Source of the DNA: Candidatus Zhuqueibacterota bacterium
GTDB taxonomy: Bacteria > Zhuqueibacterota > Zhuqueibacteria > Thermofontimicrobiales > Thermofontimicrobiaceae
DNA length: 64,000 bases
Reading direction: 5' to 3'
NCBI GenBank assembly: GCA_049322915.1
Contig: JBMOPW010000014.1
Coordinates: forward strand, 32,001-96,000
Shown: positions 31,945-41,527 of the stretch, in pieces
How positions within the stretch are numbered: the stretch's first letter is position 1
How the letters are laid out: every line of letters begins with the position of its first letter
Notes under the pieces: model-generated
Database searches by the model: none
What the model was told of the DNA's origin: nothing
The model's input: the letters and a program-made list of their open reading frames with translations, nothing else
Made by a program: the position numbers and the translations under genes

Positions 31945-33285
31945 CTATGCCTTCAATACCAGGATCAGGCTATCGTTAGCGTCCAATTGTAACGTCTGTC
32001 CCTTCAGTTGAGGCGTAACCTCCCTGCGTTGGTTCACCTGAATGATGGTCTTCGCAGAAGCGATGTCGGTTTCAAGGGTAGTTGTGACTTTTCGAGTAGA
32101 AAAATTGATGGCAACAAGCACCTGCTGGTCCTGTTCATTTGACCGCAGAAAACTGACCACCGCACCTGGCTGGTCATTTTTTATTTTGGCGATATCCCCG
32201 TCGACGAGAACCGGGTGCTTCGCTCTCAATCCGATGAGAAATTTATAAAAATTAAAAACATCGTCTCCACCGGGCCGGTTCCAGTCTATCGGTTCTTTCT
32301 CAAACAAGCTCGAAAAATTTGGCTCTCCCACTTCTTGTCCGTTGTAGATGAGAGGAATTCCATCGATGGTGAAAATGAATGCAGCAAAGGGTTTGTAGCA
32401 CTCGGCTCCGAAAATGTGCATTGCACGTTTTTCATCGTGATTTTCGATGAAACGCAGACGGAGCGAATCCTTTGGAAATTCGGCTTTTCGTTGAAGCAGC
32501 AAATCGATGACATGCTCAGCCGGTGCGTTTGATTTGAACACATCGAGATAGGTGTAATATAAAATCCAGTCGTACGTGGAATCGAACGAAAAAACATGCA
32601 TCCGTGGGTCTTCCCATTCGGCTAACATGAGCAGGTCAGGATTCTGTTCGTTTAATGCCTTTCGCGCTTCCTGCCAAAAATTTTCCGGAACCATCCCGGC
32701 AACATCGCAGCGGTAACCGTCGATATGGAATTCCCTGACCCAATAGAGCAGCGCTTCTTTCATGTGCTTCCAAAGACCGGGATTCGAGTAGTTCAGGTCG
32801 GTTGCGTCGCTCCAGTCCCCGATCCTTCGGGTGAATTCTCCATTCTCGTCCTGAGAAAACCAGTCCGGATGGACACCCATGGCGACATGGTCATTTGCCG
32901 CGTGATTGGCGACCATGTCAATGATCACGCGCATGCCAGCTTCGTGAATTCCATCCACCACCCGTTTGAAATCTTCTTTTGTACCGTACTCAGGATTGGT
33001 TGAATAATAGTCACTGATGGAATAGGGGCATCCGAGAGTTCCCTTTCGTCCTTTCTTCCCGATGGGAAAAATGGGCATGAACCAGATAATTGTGACTCCC
33101 AATTCTTTCAATTCCGGCAGATGTTCAAGAAAGCCTGAAAAATTTCCCTGAGCACAGAAATCCCGAACGTAAACTTCGTAGATAATTCCGTGTCGTACCC
33201 AGGCGGGAGAGGGTCGGCTCGATAGATGTGATAATGGTTCGCGATAAACGACGCCATACTTTTCAAGTTTTGGAAAATTTTTCAT
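31945..33285 (-). CDS. Glycoside hydrolase family 13 (alpha-amylase family)
   Basis: DMVANH, DGYRCDVAG, LAEW, FIENHDE catalytic regions. Confidence 0.92.
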   Translation of the reverse strand: MKNFPKLEKYGVVYREPLSHLSSRPSPAWVRHGIIYEVYVRDFCAQGNFSGFLEHLPELKELGVTIIWFMPIFPIGKKGRKGTLGCPYSISDYYSTNPEYGTKEDFKRVVDGIHEAGMRVIIDMVANHAANDHVAMGVHPDWFSQDENGEFTRRIGDWSDATDLNYSNPGLWKHMKEALLYWVREFHIDGYRCDVAGMVPENFWQEARKALNEQNPDLLMLAEWEDPRMHVFSFDSTYDWILYYTYLDVFKSNAPAEHVIDLLLQRKAEFPKDSLRLRFIENHDEKRAMHIFGAECYKPFAAFIFTIDGIPLIYNGQEVGEPNFSSLFEKEPIDWNRPGGDDVFNFYKFLIGLRAKHPVLVDGDIAKIKNDQPGAVVSFLRSNEQDQQVLVAINFSTRKVTTTLETDIASAKTIIQVNQRREVTPQLKGQTLQLDANDSLILVLKA

Positions 33286-33306
33286 ACCTGATTCGTTCCT
33301 TTATTT

Positions 33307-33468
33307 GGCGGAAGTATTGCCATTTCTTTTTCCTTCGGAGAGCATCCGTCGGGCGCCAGTAACTGATAGAAGATTACAATCGCATCGAGGCCGGAGTGGC
33401 AGCCCGAAAGGCCATTATGGCCTGCCGATGCGGAAGGAGTGCGACAGCAGTTAGCCGGATGTCCCGCC
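33307..33468 (+). ncRNA. Candidate rod-shaped structured RNA (6S-like geometry)
   Basis: Nested helices GCATCCG/CGGATGT, TAACTG/CAGTTA, a 14x14-nt bubble, TCGCATCG/CGATGCGG, AGGCC/GGCCT, AGTGGC/GCCATT. G-U pairs favour the + strand. Confidence 0.35.
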
Positions 33469-33493
33469 ATATCTCGAATCAATGATCCTCACA

Positions 33494-36376
33494 TTATTTC
33501 ATTTTCTTTTTTGCTAGCACTAACGATTCCAGACGATCCTGGGCTTCTTTCAAATTTGGTTTCAGTGTAAGCGCCTGGCGATACATATTCTCAGCCTGAT
33601 CCAGGTTGCCCAGGATTTCAAAATTCAATCCAAGCCCGAAATACGCCGGCACATAATGATCATCGATTTCAAGGACTTTTTTGAAACAGGCGATACACTC
33701 TTCGTAGCTACCTTTTTGAAAGTATACCTTAGCGTTTTCAGCATATTCGGCTAATGTGCTCGGTGAGGTTATGAGCAGCGGATTGAAATGTTGATCCAAA
33801 AACCGAGCGGCGCTCTGATCGGATTTATTTTTTATATAAATAGACCGGTAAATTTGAAGCGCTATATCACGCTCGTTGAGAATTTCATAACTGATCGCCT
33901 CGAGAATGTCCCCTGCATTTCGATAATAACTGTCCAGAACAAATTTAATGGCCTGCCGCTGTTTGAAGGTGGAATCGATGTTTGTCAGAAATGGATACAC
34001 ATATTCCCGGTAACTTTTGAAAATCTGAATTTTCTGGTACCACGTCACCGGATCATCGATCGTCCGTGAGGTTGAAAACTCAAGCACTGGTCTGTTTTCT
34101 CGGTTGATGCGAACGCCGCTGGTGGCTTTTTGAAGCACCTCCGGGCCCATGACAAAACAGTCAAGAATTTCGAAAACATTATCCAGACGCGCCTGGCTCA
34201 GGCTGGTACTGATTTCATGTTGATTGATCCGTTGCTGCATCAGGCTGAAATCAATGAACTGGTCGGTCTTCATGAAGCCAATGAGCACAGCGATTTCACT
34301 TTTCCAATTGTTGTTATACCACAGGGACGTGGCAGGAAAAACAGATTGAAAAGTTCGAATTAAAATTTTAAAATCTTCGATTGAAATTGAATTCAGCGGA
34401 ATCACACTGGCAATGATACCATCCGGTTTCAGCCGGCGATGGCAGGCCTTGAAATAATCCTGTGTGAAAAAGTGAGCCATGCTGGAGTATTTTGGGTGAC
34501 GATAGTCATTGATGATGACTGCAAATCTGGTGTCAGTATGGGAAATAAAATTGTACGCTGGGCTGTGCTTTATAGCGAGTTTTTCGTTTGACCGTTCCCG
34601 ATAGTCAATGTCCTTGAACAGTGCCGCAGTTGCAATGACCTCAGAATGGGATTCCAGGCAATATGTTTTTTTAATGCCATATTGTTTCGATATCTTCGAA
34701 CATTTCCCTGTGCCCAGGCCAACAATAGCGATGGTATCGGGATTGGGGTGGAGCAGAATGGGAAGGTTAATTTGAATTGCATGGTTATTAAGAAATTCGG
34801 GAGAGGTTCCGTCAATATCCACGCCGTTGGTTGCAAGGGTTAAATAGTTAACAAGCGAATCCTGGTGAACAGTGACGGTTGTTGAAGGGCCTTCCATCGT
34901 ATAAACTATTTTGTCGTTCTTCCTGTCGAAGTGATAAAGTCGTAAAATCATGTTCGAAGGAATGAAAAAGGTGGACACGAATAGTACAACGACGAGGACG
35001 AACCAGGATATTGTCTTTGTCAGTTTACCATATTTGAGCGTTGAAAGAAAAAGAATTACCAGTCCGATGAGCGAATTGAAAAGTGCGTTGAAGAGGATGC
35101 TTTTTTGAATGCCCAGATTGGGGATAAAAACGAAAAGCACGAGCAGAATCCCGACGATAGCGCCCAATGAATTAATGGCAAAAATAATTCCGACTTTATA
35201 ACCGCGTCTTTCAAAGTTGGAAATGGATGTTTTTCCAACAATTGGGAAACTGGCGCCAATAAAAAAAGAAGACAGTCCGCATACCAGAACGACGTCGATG
35301 ATATAAATAAAAATGAGCCATGCCCAGGAGTTTGGCTTCTCCGCGAGTCCTGAAAGACTGGAATTCAGGTCTGGCAGTTTGGGCAGAATGAGCACAGATA
35401 ATACAGTGAAAGCACCAATAGCGATTTGAATGATTCCGAACACCGGGAACAGATTTGTCAATGTTCTGAAAATTCGGGGGAAAAGTATAGAGCCGATGGC
35501 CAGACCGATGAGAAAGACCGTGAGCACTATTGAAAAGCTATAGGAATTGCTACCGATGATGTAAACAAGACTTCGATTCCATAATACGAGATTGGCCAAA
35601 GCGATGAAACCGGAAATTCCAAAAGCCAGATTAATCACAAAACCCAATTTTATAGATTGGACTGTGTTAATCGGGTCCAAATGCTTCAATTTCTGATTGT
35701 AGAATTCAGCTTCTAATGACAGGGTCGAACCGAGTTTATTCAGCAATACTTTTACAATGAAGGCATTGAAGAAGAATAGAGTCGCTGCAAATATCAAGCT
35801 TTGCTTGACGCCGAGTATTTGCAGGAGGATAAATGTGGTCAACAGGTAGCCGAATGAAACACCGATTAAATTTAGTCCGAATAGGTTGCCCACAGCCTGA
35901 CCGACACTCATCGATGATCGAATGAAAAACCGACTGAGTATGGGAAATGTCCCACCGATAAAAATGGCAGGAATGACGGAGAAAATAAACACGAAGGTTG
36001 TCTTATAAAACGATAGAATAAATGATTGATCGCCAAAGTTCTGAAATACAGATTTATAGATGAGATTCGAAAGTGGATGAATGAAGAAGAAAAGAATGAT
36101 ATAAATTCCAATGCCTAATTGAAGATAAAGGAATGTCACGATTTCATTGTTCGATGTATCAATTTTCTTCCCGAAGAAATACGCGCCTGCAGCGATGCCA
36201 CAAAAAAACCCGGTCACGATGACAGCGCCGGTGAAGACTGAATCGTAGTATGATAGCGACAGCAACCGGTGAAGGACTAACATCAAAATGGCAGTTCCAA
36301 AGCCGGAAATCCAGTAAAGAATAAAGAGTGTTTGCTTTAAAATTGAGCGGCGAAAATAACCCGAATCCTTAATCAT
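33494..36376 (-). CDS. Fused multi-TM / spermidine-synthase-like (class I SAM-fold) protein with C-terminal TPR
   Basis: Two repeats of the SG...W.R.L...GS...F..VL membrane unit; EGPSTTVTV, VGLGTG, LKPDG; terminal TPRs. Confidence 0.85.
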   Translation of the reverse strand: MIKDSGYFRRSILKQTLFILYWISGFGTAILMLVLHRLLSLSYYDSVFTGAVIVTGFFCGIAAGAYFFGKKIDTSNNEIVTFLYLQLGIGIYIILFFFIHPLSNLIYKSVFQNFGDQSFILSFYKTTFVFIFSVIPAIFIGGTFPILSRFFIRSSMSVGQAVGNLFGLNLIGVSFGYLLTTFILLQILGVKQSLIFAATLFFFNAFIVKVLLNKLGSTLSLEAEFYNQKLKHLDPINTVQSIKLGFVINLAFGISGFIALANLVLWNRSLVYIIGSNSYSFSIVLTVFLIGLAIGSILFPRIFRTLTNLFPVFGIIQIAIGAFTVLSVLILPKLPDLNSSLSGLAEKPNSWAWLIFIYIIDVVLVCGLSSFFIGASFPIVGKTSISNFERRGYKVGIIFAINSLGAIVGILLVLFVFIPNLGIQKSILFNALFNSLIGLVILFLSTLKYGKLTKTISWFVLVVVLFVSTFFIPSNMILRLYHFDRKNDKIVYTMEGPSTTVTVHQDSLVNYLTLATNGVDIDGTSPEFLNNHAIQINLPILLHPNPDTIAIVGLGTGKCSKISKQYGIKKTYCLESHSEVIATAALFKDIDYRERSNEKLAIKHSPAYNFISHTDTRFAVIINDYRHPKYSSMAHFFTQDYFKACHRRLKPDGIIASVIPLNSISIEDFKILIRTFQSVFPATSLWYNNNWKSEIAVLIGFMKTDQFIDFSLMQQRINQHEISTSLSQARLDNVFEILDCFVMGPEVLQKATSGVRINRENRPVLEFSTSRTIDDPVTWYQKIQIFKSYREYVYPFLTNIDSTFKQRQAIKFVLDSYYRNAGDILEAISYEILNERDIALQIYRSIYIKNKSDQSAARFLDQHFNPLLITSPSTLAEYAENAKVYFQKGSYEECIACFKKVLEIDDHYVPAYFGLGLNFEILGNLDQAENMYRQALTLKPNLKEAQDRLESLVLAKKKMK

Positions 36377-36665
36377 AGAAATTTGTAGCCCGCTGAAATG
36401 TGAATAGGTTCTGCCTCTGACGCCTTCGCTTTTAAATCAGAAGGACCCCTCTGGATTTTACACATCCGACCTGAACATGTTTCTGTTTCATGGATGAACA
36501 GTTGAAAAAAAGAAAGTAGAATATACAAAACTTAATTAATAATGCAAATAGTATTTTGAGTGAATCAAATTAAAATCTCAAGTGAAAAAATGGAGAATGG
36601 GAAATGAGCGAGTGATTTTTATGTACGCAGAGAAAGCAGTCAAATCGGCGGAATAAAGCGGAGAA

Positions 36666-36719
36666 AATAAAAATAGCGATGTCTTCAAGTCAGGGCCAGC
36701 AGAGAAAACATCGCTATTT
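36666..36719 (-). terminator. Intrinsic terminator downstream of the 36743..37297 gene
   Basis: 12-bp inverted repeat AAATAGCGATGT (36671-82) / ACATCGCTATTT (36708-19) with a T-rich tail on the minus strand. Confidence 0.6.
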
Positions 36720-36742
36720 AACGGGTATATTTAAGAGTGGGA

Positions 36743-37297
36743 TTACTTTAGCAAGCACATCTTACGGAAATTTTTATAATTAATTTTAATCTCTTTTGAC
36801 ATATCGAACCAGCCTGGCAGCAGAATAATACCCTGATGCACTTGCGCTTCTGTTATCTGTCCTCCAAACGGAGTGGATTCATCCAGAGGAAACATATCGG
36901 TGCTTTCAGGATTGTTGCTGGGGGACCAGTGTTTTCCATCCTGTTCAAATACAAGCCATTCCGGGTGGAAATCAACTTCGACAAATGGCATAGTAGAAAC
37001 GGAAAAAACCAGCGGCGTCACCGGGTTGCTGATTATTTGATGTGCCGCATTCACAATTCGTATATCATAAGCGATGAGCATCGTCAAATCTAATTTGCCC
37101 TCAGCATTGGTGCGAATGAACAGAGGTGTTACCTGCGTGGTTCCGGGAATGGTTTTATAAATTTCGGAATTGGCGTTTACATTGAGTACGCGAAGAAAGC
37201 GCATGGTCAATTCATTCTTCGGAGCTGCGATTGCCGACGAGATAAGAACAAACGACAAACACGTCCACATCATCATCCCTTTAAAACTCGACTTCAT
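36743..37297 (-). CDS. Exported hypothetical protein
   Basis: Start MKSSFKG follows GAAAGGGAAAACT; signal peptide ending AIA-A. Confidence 0.7.
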   Translation of the reverse strand: MKSSFKGMMMWTCLSFVLISSAIAAPKNELTMRFLRVLNVNANSEIYKTIPGTTQVTPLFIRTNAEGKLDLTMLIAYDIRIVNAAHQIISNPVTPLVFSVSTMPFVEVDFHPEWLVFEQDGKHWSPSNNPESTDMFPLDESTPFGGQITEAQVHQGIILLPGWFDMSKEIKINYKNFRKMCLLK

Positions 37298-37363
37298 AGT
37301 TTTCCCTTTCAAAATAATCAATCCATTTTCTTGTCGTTCAGTTTTCATTTCGACTTACATTTA

Positions 37364-37379
37364 TGCAACTAATATGCCA
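37364..37379 (-). promoter_or_regulatory. Sigma-54 (-24/-12) promoter
   Basis: Minus strand TGGCAT-ATTAG-TTGCA matches TGGCAC-N5-TTGCW spacing; AT-rich region upstream. Confidence 0.7.
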
Positions 37380-37698
37380 TGATTCTGGCTGAGTTTTTAA
37401 TTGATGAAAAATAAAAGAGTTAATCAATTTCTAAGTTCCGATTGTTATCTAAAAAATTCACTAAAAATTAGCTTTGAAAGAGACACTGTATCAGTGATAA
37501 AACACATTGAATAATGAGATCGGAGATCCTGACTGAAATTTCTTCTCTCTAACACGATTTAATATAATGATGTTGAGGAAATTAAAAAGTGTTATGGCTC
37601 ACTTTTTCAGAATGTTATAAAAAGTTGATTATTCTATGTTACACGTGGTATGAATTTGGGACAAAAATGTAGGATGTAGAAAGTATGTTTCAATAAAG

Positions 37699-39012
37699 TT
37701 ATGAGGTTTTATTAAAAGAATGCGACTTTTTATCCGGTACTTTGTTCAGAATGAGAAGCCCTATCAGTATTAATAGACTGAGAGAAAAGATAGCCGCTTT
37801 GTATTTGAATACATCTCCATATTCGCTGAATAAACTCACGATGCCGGCCCAAACCAGAGGGCCGAATATGGCGGCCAATTTTCCTGACAAAGAGTACAGT
37901 CCAAAGAATTCGCCCAACATTTCTTTCGGCACAAGGGAAATAAGCAGCGGTCGCGCGGATGTCCAGGTTGAACCCATGAAAATACCGATTAATCCGCCGA
38001 GAACCCAGAATAGCCATGCTTTCATCGTCAGCACCAGCGCAGTCAGGCACACAATCCAACCGATGAGAACGATCATTAATGTCCGCTTTGGCCCAAAATG
38101 GTCGGTCATAATTCCGAAGAAAGCAGATCCAATGATGGCAGAAGGGATGAGAACTATAAAAAAATTAGTCGTACTGCTGGCTGAAAATCCCATGACTTTC
38201 TGAGTGTAAACGGCCATGAAAATAATGACCGTCTCGATGGCATCTTCATAGAAAAATTTGGCGACTAAAAAGCGGGCAACGCCTGGATATTTTTTAGTGT
38301 TGGAAATTCCATCCAGCACCTTTCTGAATGAATTTTTTATGCCCAACCGTTTGACACTGAGTTGTGATTTAGTTGGCTCATCTTTCACAAAAAAGAAAAT
38401 TGGCAAGGCAAAAATCAAGAACAGCAGGGCGGTTGGAATGAATGCTGCGACGCTTCCTCCCGAGTTGAGAAATGGGATGTTCAGTCCCGAGAAATGGCCA
38501 TTCACAAACGGCCGGACCAACAGCAGGCCGACGATTGAGCCGAGGTATCCCACGGCAACGCCATACCCTGAAACACGTCCAATGCTTTTTTCCGAACTGA
38601 CCTGAGGCAGAAGGGCATTATAAAATACCAGTCCTCCCTGGTACGAGTAATTCGCAATGACGAAGAATACAATGGCCCAGGCTACCATTGTCATTTTACC
38701 TGAGAAAGCATAGCCTGCAATGCCAATGCCGGCTGTGAACACGATACAAATCAGGGTATAGAGAAGCAGGAAGGGCATCTTTCGTCGATACCGATCCGAA
38801 ATCTCTCCCAGAATTGGTAAAGTGAGCGCGACCAGGATCATGGAAAACGAATTGGCGTAGCTGACATAATGATCGCCCAGCGCCAGTTCGACAACGATCC
38901 ATGTGGTAAAATACATGGAAACGACGTTCATGGAATAGATCGTATTGGCAAAGTCGTAAAGGATCCATGATAAAGTGGCGACGAGAGCGGGTTGTCTGTT
39001 TGATTCGTTCAT
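37699..39012 (-). CDS. MFS transporter (UMF1/Atg22-like)
   Basis: SWILYDFAN, FYNALLP, GRVSGYG, GEFFGLY; about 12 TM helices. Start moved to 39012 because the upstream start lies in a terminator. Confidence 0.9.
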   Translation of the reverse strand: MNESNRQPALVATLSWILYDFANTIYSMNVVSMYFTTWIVVELALGDHYVSYANSFSMILVALTLPILGEISDRYRRKMPFLLLYTLICIVFTAGIGIAGYAFSGKMTMVAWAIVFFVIANYSYQGGLVFYNALLPQVSSEKSIGRVSGYGVAVGYLGSIVGLLLVRPFVNGHFSGLNIPFLNSGGSVAAFIPTALLFLIFALPIFFFVKDEPTKSQLSVKRLGIKNSFRKVLDGISNTKKYPGVARFLVAKFFYEDAIETVIIFMAVYTQKVMGFSASSTTNFFIVLIPSAIIGSAFFGIMTDHFGPKRTLMIVLIGWIVCLTALVLTMKAWLFWVLGGLIGIFMGSTWTSARPLLISLVPKEMLGEFFGLYSLSGKLAAIFGPLVWAGIVSLFSEYGDVFKYKAAIFSLSLLILIGLLILNKVPDKKSHSFNKTS

Positions 39013-39044
39013 TCGAAATGAATTGAAATTAGCGATTCGTTCAA

Positions 39045-39088
39045 TAAAAAACCGCATCTCAAAAGCGAAGATTGGATGCGGTTTTTTA
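39045..39088 (-). terminator. Terminator of the mgl operon (symmetric A/T tails)
   Basis: TAAAAAACCGCATC ... GATGCGGTTTTTTA, a 14-bp inverted repeat. Confidence 0.75.
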
Positions 39089-39109
39089 AATTTTACATTG
39101 AGTTCATAG

Positions 39110-39481
39110 TTATTCCGATACTTCCTGAATCAATCGGACCAGTCGATTTGTCAATCCGCGATAGGTTTTCTGAGGCGGAATGATCAGAGCAAGGACAACA
39201 GACTGTTCGAACGCATGGAAAAAGCGGAAAATAATCTTTCGCTTATTAAGACCCTCAATCGTTAATTCATGAATTTCAGAGATGCCTCCCATCACGTCAG
39301 CCATCCTCTGGATTTCCTGAAATTGAATGGACAATTCAACAAGTCGATCTTCGGGAACGATTTCATTGCTTTTTGCCTGGGCTAAAGACAGCCCCTCCTG
39401 GGAAAGCAAAAAAGCCATTTCATAATTTCCTGATTTCATGACTTCGTTCATAAAATTTTCTATTTTTTCCTGAGGTCCCAT
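39110..39481 (-). CDS. Roadblock/LC7 domain protein
   Basis: 123 aa; AFLLSQEGLSLA strand-turn pattern; directly after mglA. Confidence 0.7.
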   Translation of the reverse strand: MGPQEKIENFMNEVMKSGNYEMAFLLSQEGLSLAQAKSNEIVPEDRLVELSIQFQEIQRMADVMGGISEIHELTIEGLNKRKIIFRFFHAFEQSVVLALIIPPQKTYRGLTNRLVRLIQEVSE

Positions 39482-39508
39482 GAATATCTCCGTTTTGGAA
39501 ATTTGAAT

Positions 39509-40093
39509 TTATACCTGTTGATGGATCCTGTTAACTACCTGGTTGATGATAGACTTGAGTGTTTCAAAAACACCAATTCCCTGAGTGGCTACGGTTTCAA
39601 AATAAGGTGCGTTGTGGAAATTTAAGCTTCTTTGAAGGGTTCTCAGGCTTTCACGGTTGGGCAAATCCTGCTTATTGAATTGAATCACACACGGAAAGCT
39701 TTGAATCGTCTGGCCCATGCTGATCAAATTTTGCTCCAAATCCAGCAGGGTATCCAGATTATCATCCATTCTTCCTTTTTGGGAATCAGCGACAAAAACG
39801 ATACCATCGACTCCTGCTAAAATCAGTTTTCTACTGTGTTTATAATACACTTGGCCCGGCACAGTGTACAAATTGAAAATTGGTTTCTTGCCCTGTATTT
39901 TACCCACTTCAATTTGAAGAAAATCAAAGAAAAGAGTACGGTCTTCCTTTGTATTTAAACTGATTAAATCTCCCCTCAGCGCTGGATCTAATTTATTGTG
40001 GATAAAGCGGAGGTTTGTGGTTTTGCCACTTAGTCCCGGTCCATAATAAACTATCTTAATTGTAATTTCTTTCCGAGCCCAATTTATGAACAT
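39509..40093 (-). CDS. mglA: MglA-family small Ras-like GTPase
   Basis: YYGPGLSGKTTNL, DRTLFFDF, TVPGQVYY, NKQDLP. Confidence 0.95.
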   Translation of the reverse strand: MFINWARKEITIKIVYYGPGLSGKTTNLRFIHNKLDPALRGDLISLNTKEDRTLFFDFLQIEVGKIQGKKPIFNLYTVPGQVYYKHSRKLILAGVDGIVFVADSQKGRMDDNLDTLLDLEQNLISMGQTIQSFPCVIQFNKQDLPNRESLRTLQRSLNFHNAPYFETVATQGIGVFETLKSIINQVVNRIHQQV

Positions 40094-40147
40094 AAGAACA
40101 ACAATGAATCGAGGTTGGGAGCATTTTATCTGGTGAACTGTTCACTA

Positions 40148-40657
40148 TTAAAACTTGAAGGCTTTATCTAATTCTTCATTGAGGTATTTATTAAAATCGA
40201 CGTCGACGAATTGAGTGCTTTTTTGTTCATCTGCCTTTACATTGTCCAGAAGCAGGTGGAGAGCGTCAATGGCGCGTTTTGTATAAATTCGGATCATCCC
40301 CAGCGCAGTCTGCGAATCGAAAATGAGAATCAGTAGAAAATTATCTCCGACGTTGGACAGGTAAACGTTATATTTTTCACCTTCGTGATAGATGAATTTG
40401 AACTGCTGCTTTTCACCAATGATTTTTGCAATTTCAGACGTGGCGGAAAAATCGCCGGCAGCCAGGGCTGCCATGTTTGAAATATTCAAATCGGCCGCGT
40501 TACCACGCTGCGTGATGGGATGGCCATTCATGTCAGCGAAAATAATTGTACGGGCTCGGGTTTTGGTTGCCAATTCAGATAAAATCTCTGAAATCGACTT
40601 GTACATTTCTCCCGAAAGTACAATGGACTGTCCATTTCCTCCATGTTCCCAATTCAT
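40148..40657 (-). CDS. mglB: MglB-family roadblock protein (GAP for MglA)
   Basis: ALAAGDFSATSEIAKIIGE..F, LGMIR; immediately upstream of mglA. Confidence 0.9.
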   Translation of the reverse strand: MNWEHGGNGQSIVLSGEMYKSISEILSELATKTRARTIIFADMNGHPITQRGNAADLNISNMAALAAGDFSATSEIAKIIGEKQQFKFIYHEGEKYNVYLSNVGDNFLLILIFDSQTALGMIRIYTKRAIDALHLLLDNVKADEQKSTQFVDVDFNKYLNEELDKAFKF

Positions 40658-40699
40658 AGTTGTTGTTCTCCATAGATTAAAGCGGTTTCCCCGGGAAGA

Positions 40700-41428
40700 T
40701 CACCTTCCCACGAATATTCTTTCTGCTAAAAATTCTGGCAAACCAAATGACCGCATCGCGTCATAGGTTTTATGTATGTCATAGCTGATTCGCTTGAGCT
40801 GATAACTTCGCGTTTGAGTATCGAATATCCCGAATGCGGATTTAGGATTATTGTCTCTCGGCTGTCCCACGCTCCCCACATTAATTATGTACCGATGACC
40901 CTCCTTGATCTCCAATTCTCTGTCAGTCGTGAAGGAATAGTTGGCGTCCCTGTTCTCGATATAAATAATTGGCTGATGAGAATGCCCAATGAAACATAGT
41001 TGCTCATTGAATTTAGAGAAATTGAAAATCGCATCGTCGATAGATAAAATGTAATCCCAGGAACTCGGTGCATACGGGTTCGAATGGACAAGACAGTAAT
41101 TATCTCCTTTGTGTTCCAGCGGGAGATTGGCAATTTCCCGCAACGTTTCGTCTGATAATTGGGTCACCGTCCATTCAATCGCTTCTTTGGCAAATTGATT
41201 AAAATATAAAAGTTCTGATTTTTCTATACAGGCAAAGTCGTGATTTCCCGTAAGAATGACTTCGCAATTTTGCTTTACGAGATTCAGACATTCATTGGGA
41301 AAAGGCCCATACCCCACAACGTCGCCAAGGCAAAATATTTTATCGATATGCTCTTTTTCGATCAGCTTTAAAACTGTCTCTAACGCTTCGAGATTACTGT
41401 GGATATCAGAAATAATGGCATATCGCAA
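40700..41428 (-). CDS. Calcineurin-like metallophosphoesterase
   Basis: SDIHSN, GDVVGYG, GNHD, GHSH, NVGSVGQPRD. Confidence 0.92.
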   Translation of the reverse strand: MRYAIISDIHSNLEALETVLKLIEKEHIDKIFCLGDVVGYGPFPNECLNLVKQNCEVILTGNHDFACIEKSELLYFNQFAKEAIEWTVTQLSDETLREIANLPLEHKGDNYCLVHSNPYAPSSWDYILSIDDAIFNFSKFNEQLCFIGHSHQPIIYIENRDANYSFTTDRELEIKEGHRYIINVGSVGQPRDNNPKSAFGIFDTQTRSYQLKRISYDIHKTYDAMRSFGLPEFLAERIFVGR

Positions 41429-41527
41429 TTAGCAACTCCTTATTTACTGGTTCAAAATTTCAATTAAATATAATTGTTAATTTACATTTATGCAAGAATA
41501 ATTTTACATTTTTCAAGAAAGTAACTT

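Noticed and set aside
33400..33460. SRP RNA, tRNA-Sec or known riboswitch in the 33.3-33.5 kb structure
   Set aside because: GGAAGGAG...CAGCAG only loosely resembles the SRP core, and there is no cloverleaf or recognisable aptamer consensus.
33282..33482. 66-aa ORF upstream of the GH13 gene
   Set aside because: No recognisable protein features; the region is better explained by RNA structure, though a small ORF is not excluded.
39013..39057. N-terminal extension of the MFS ORF
   Set aside because: It overlaps the mgl terminator hairpin; ATG 39012 is more plausible.
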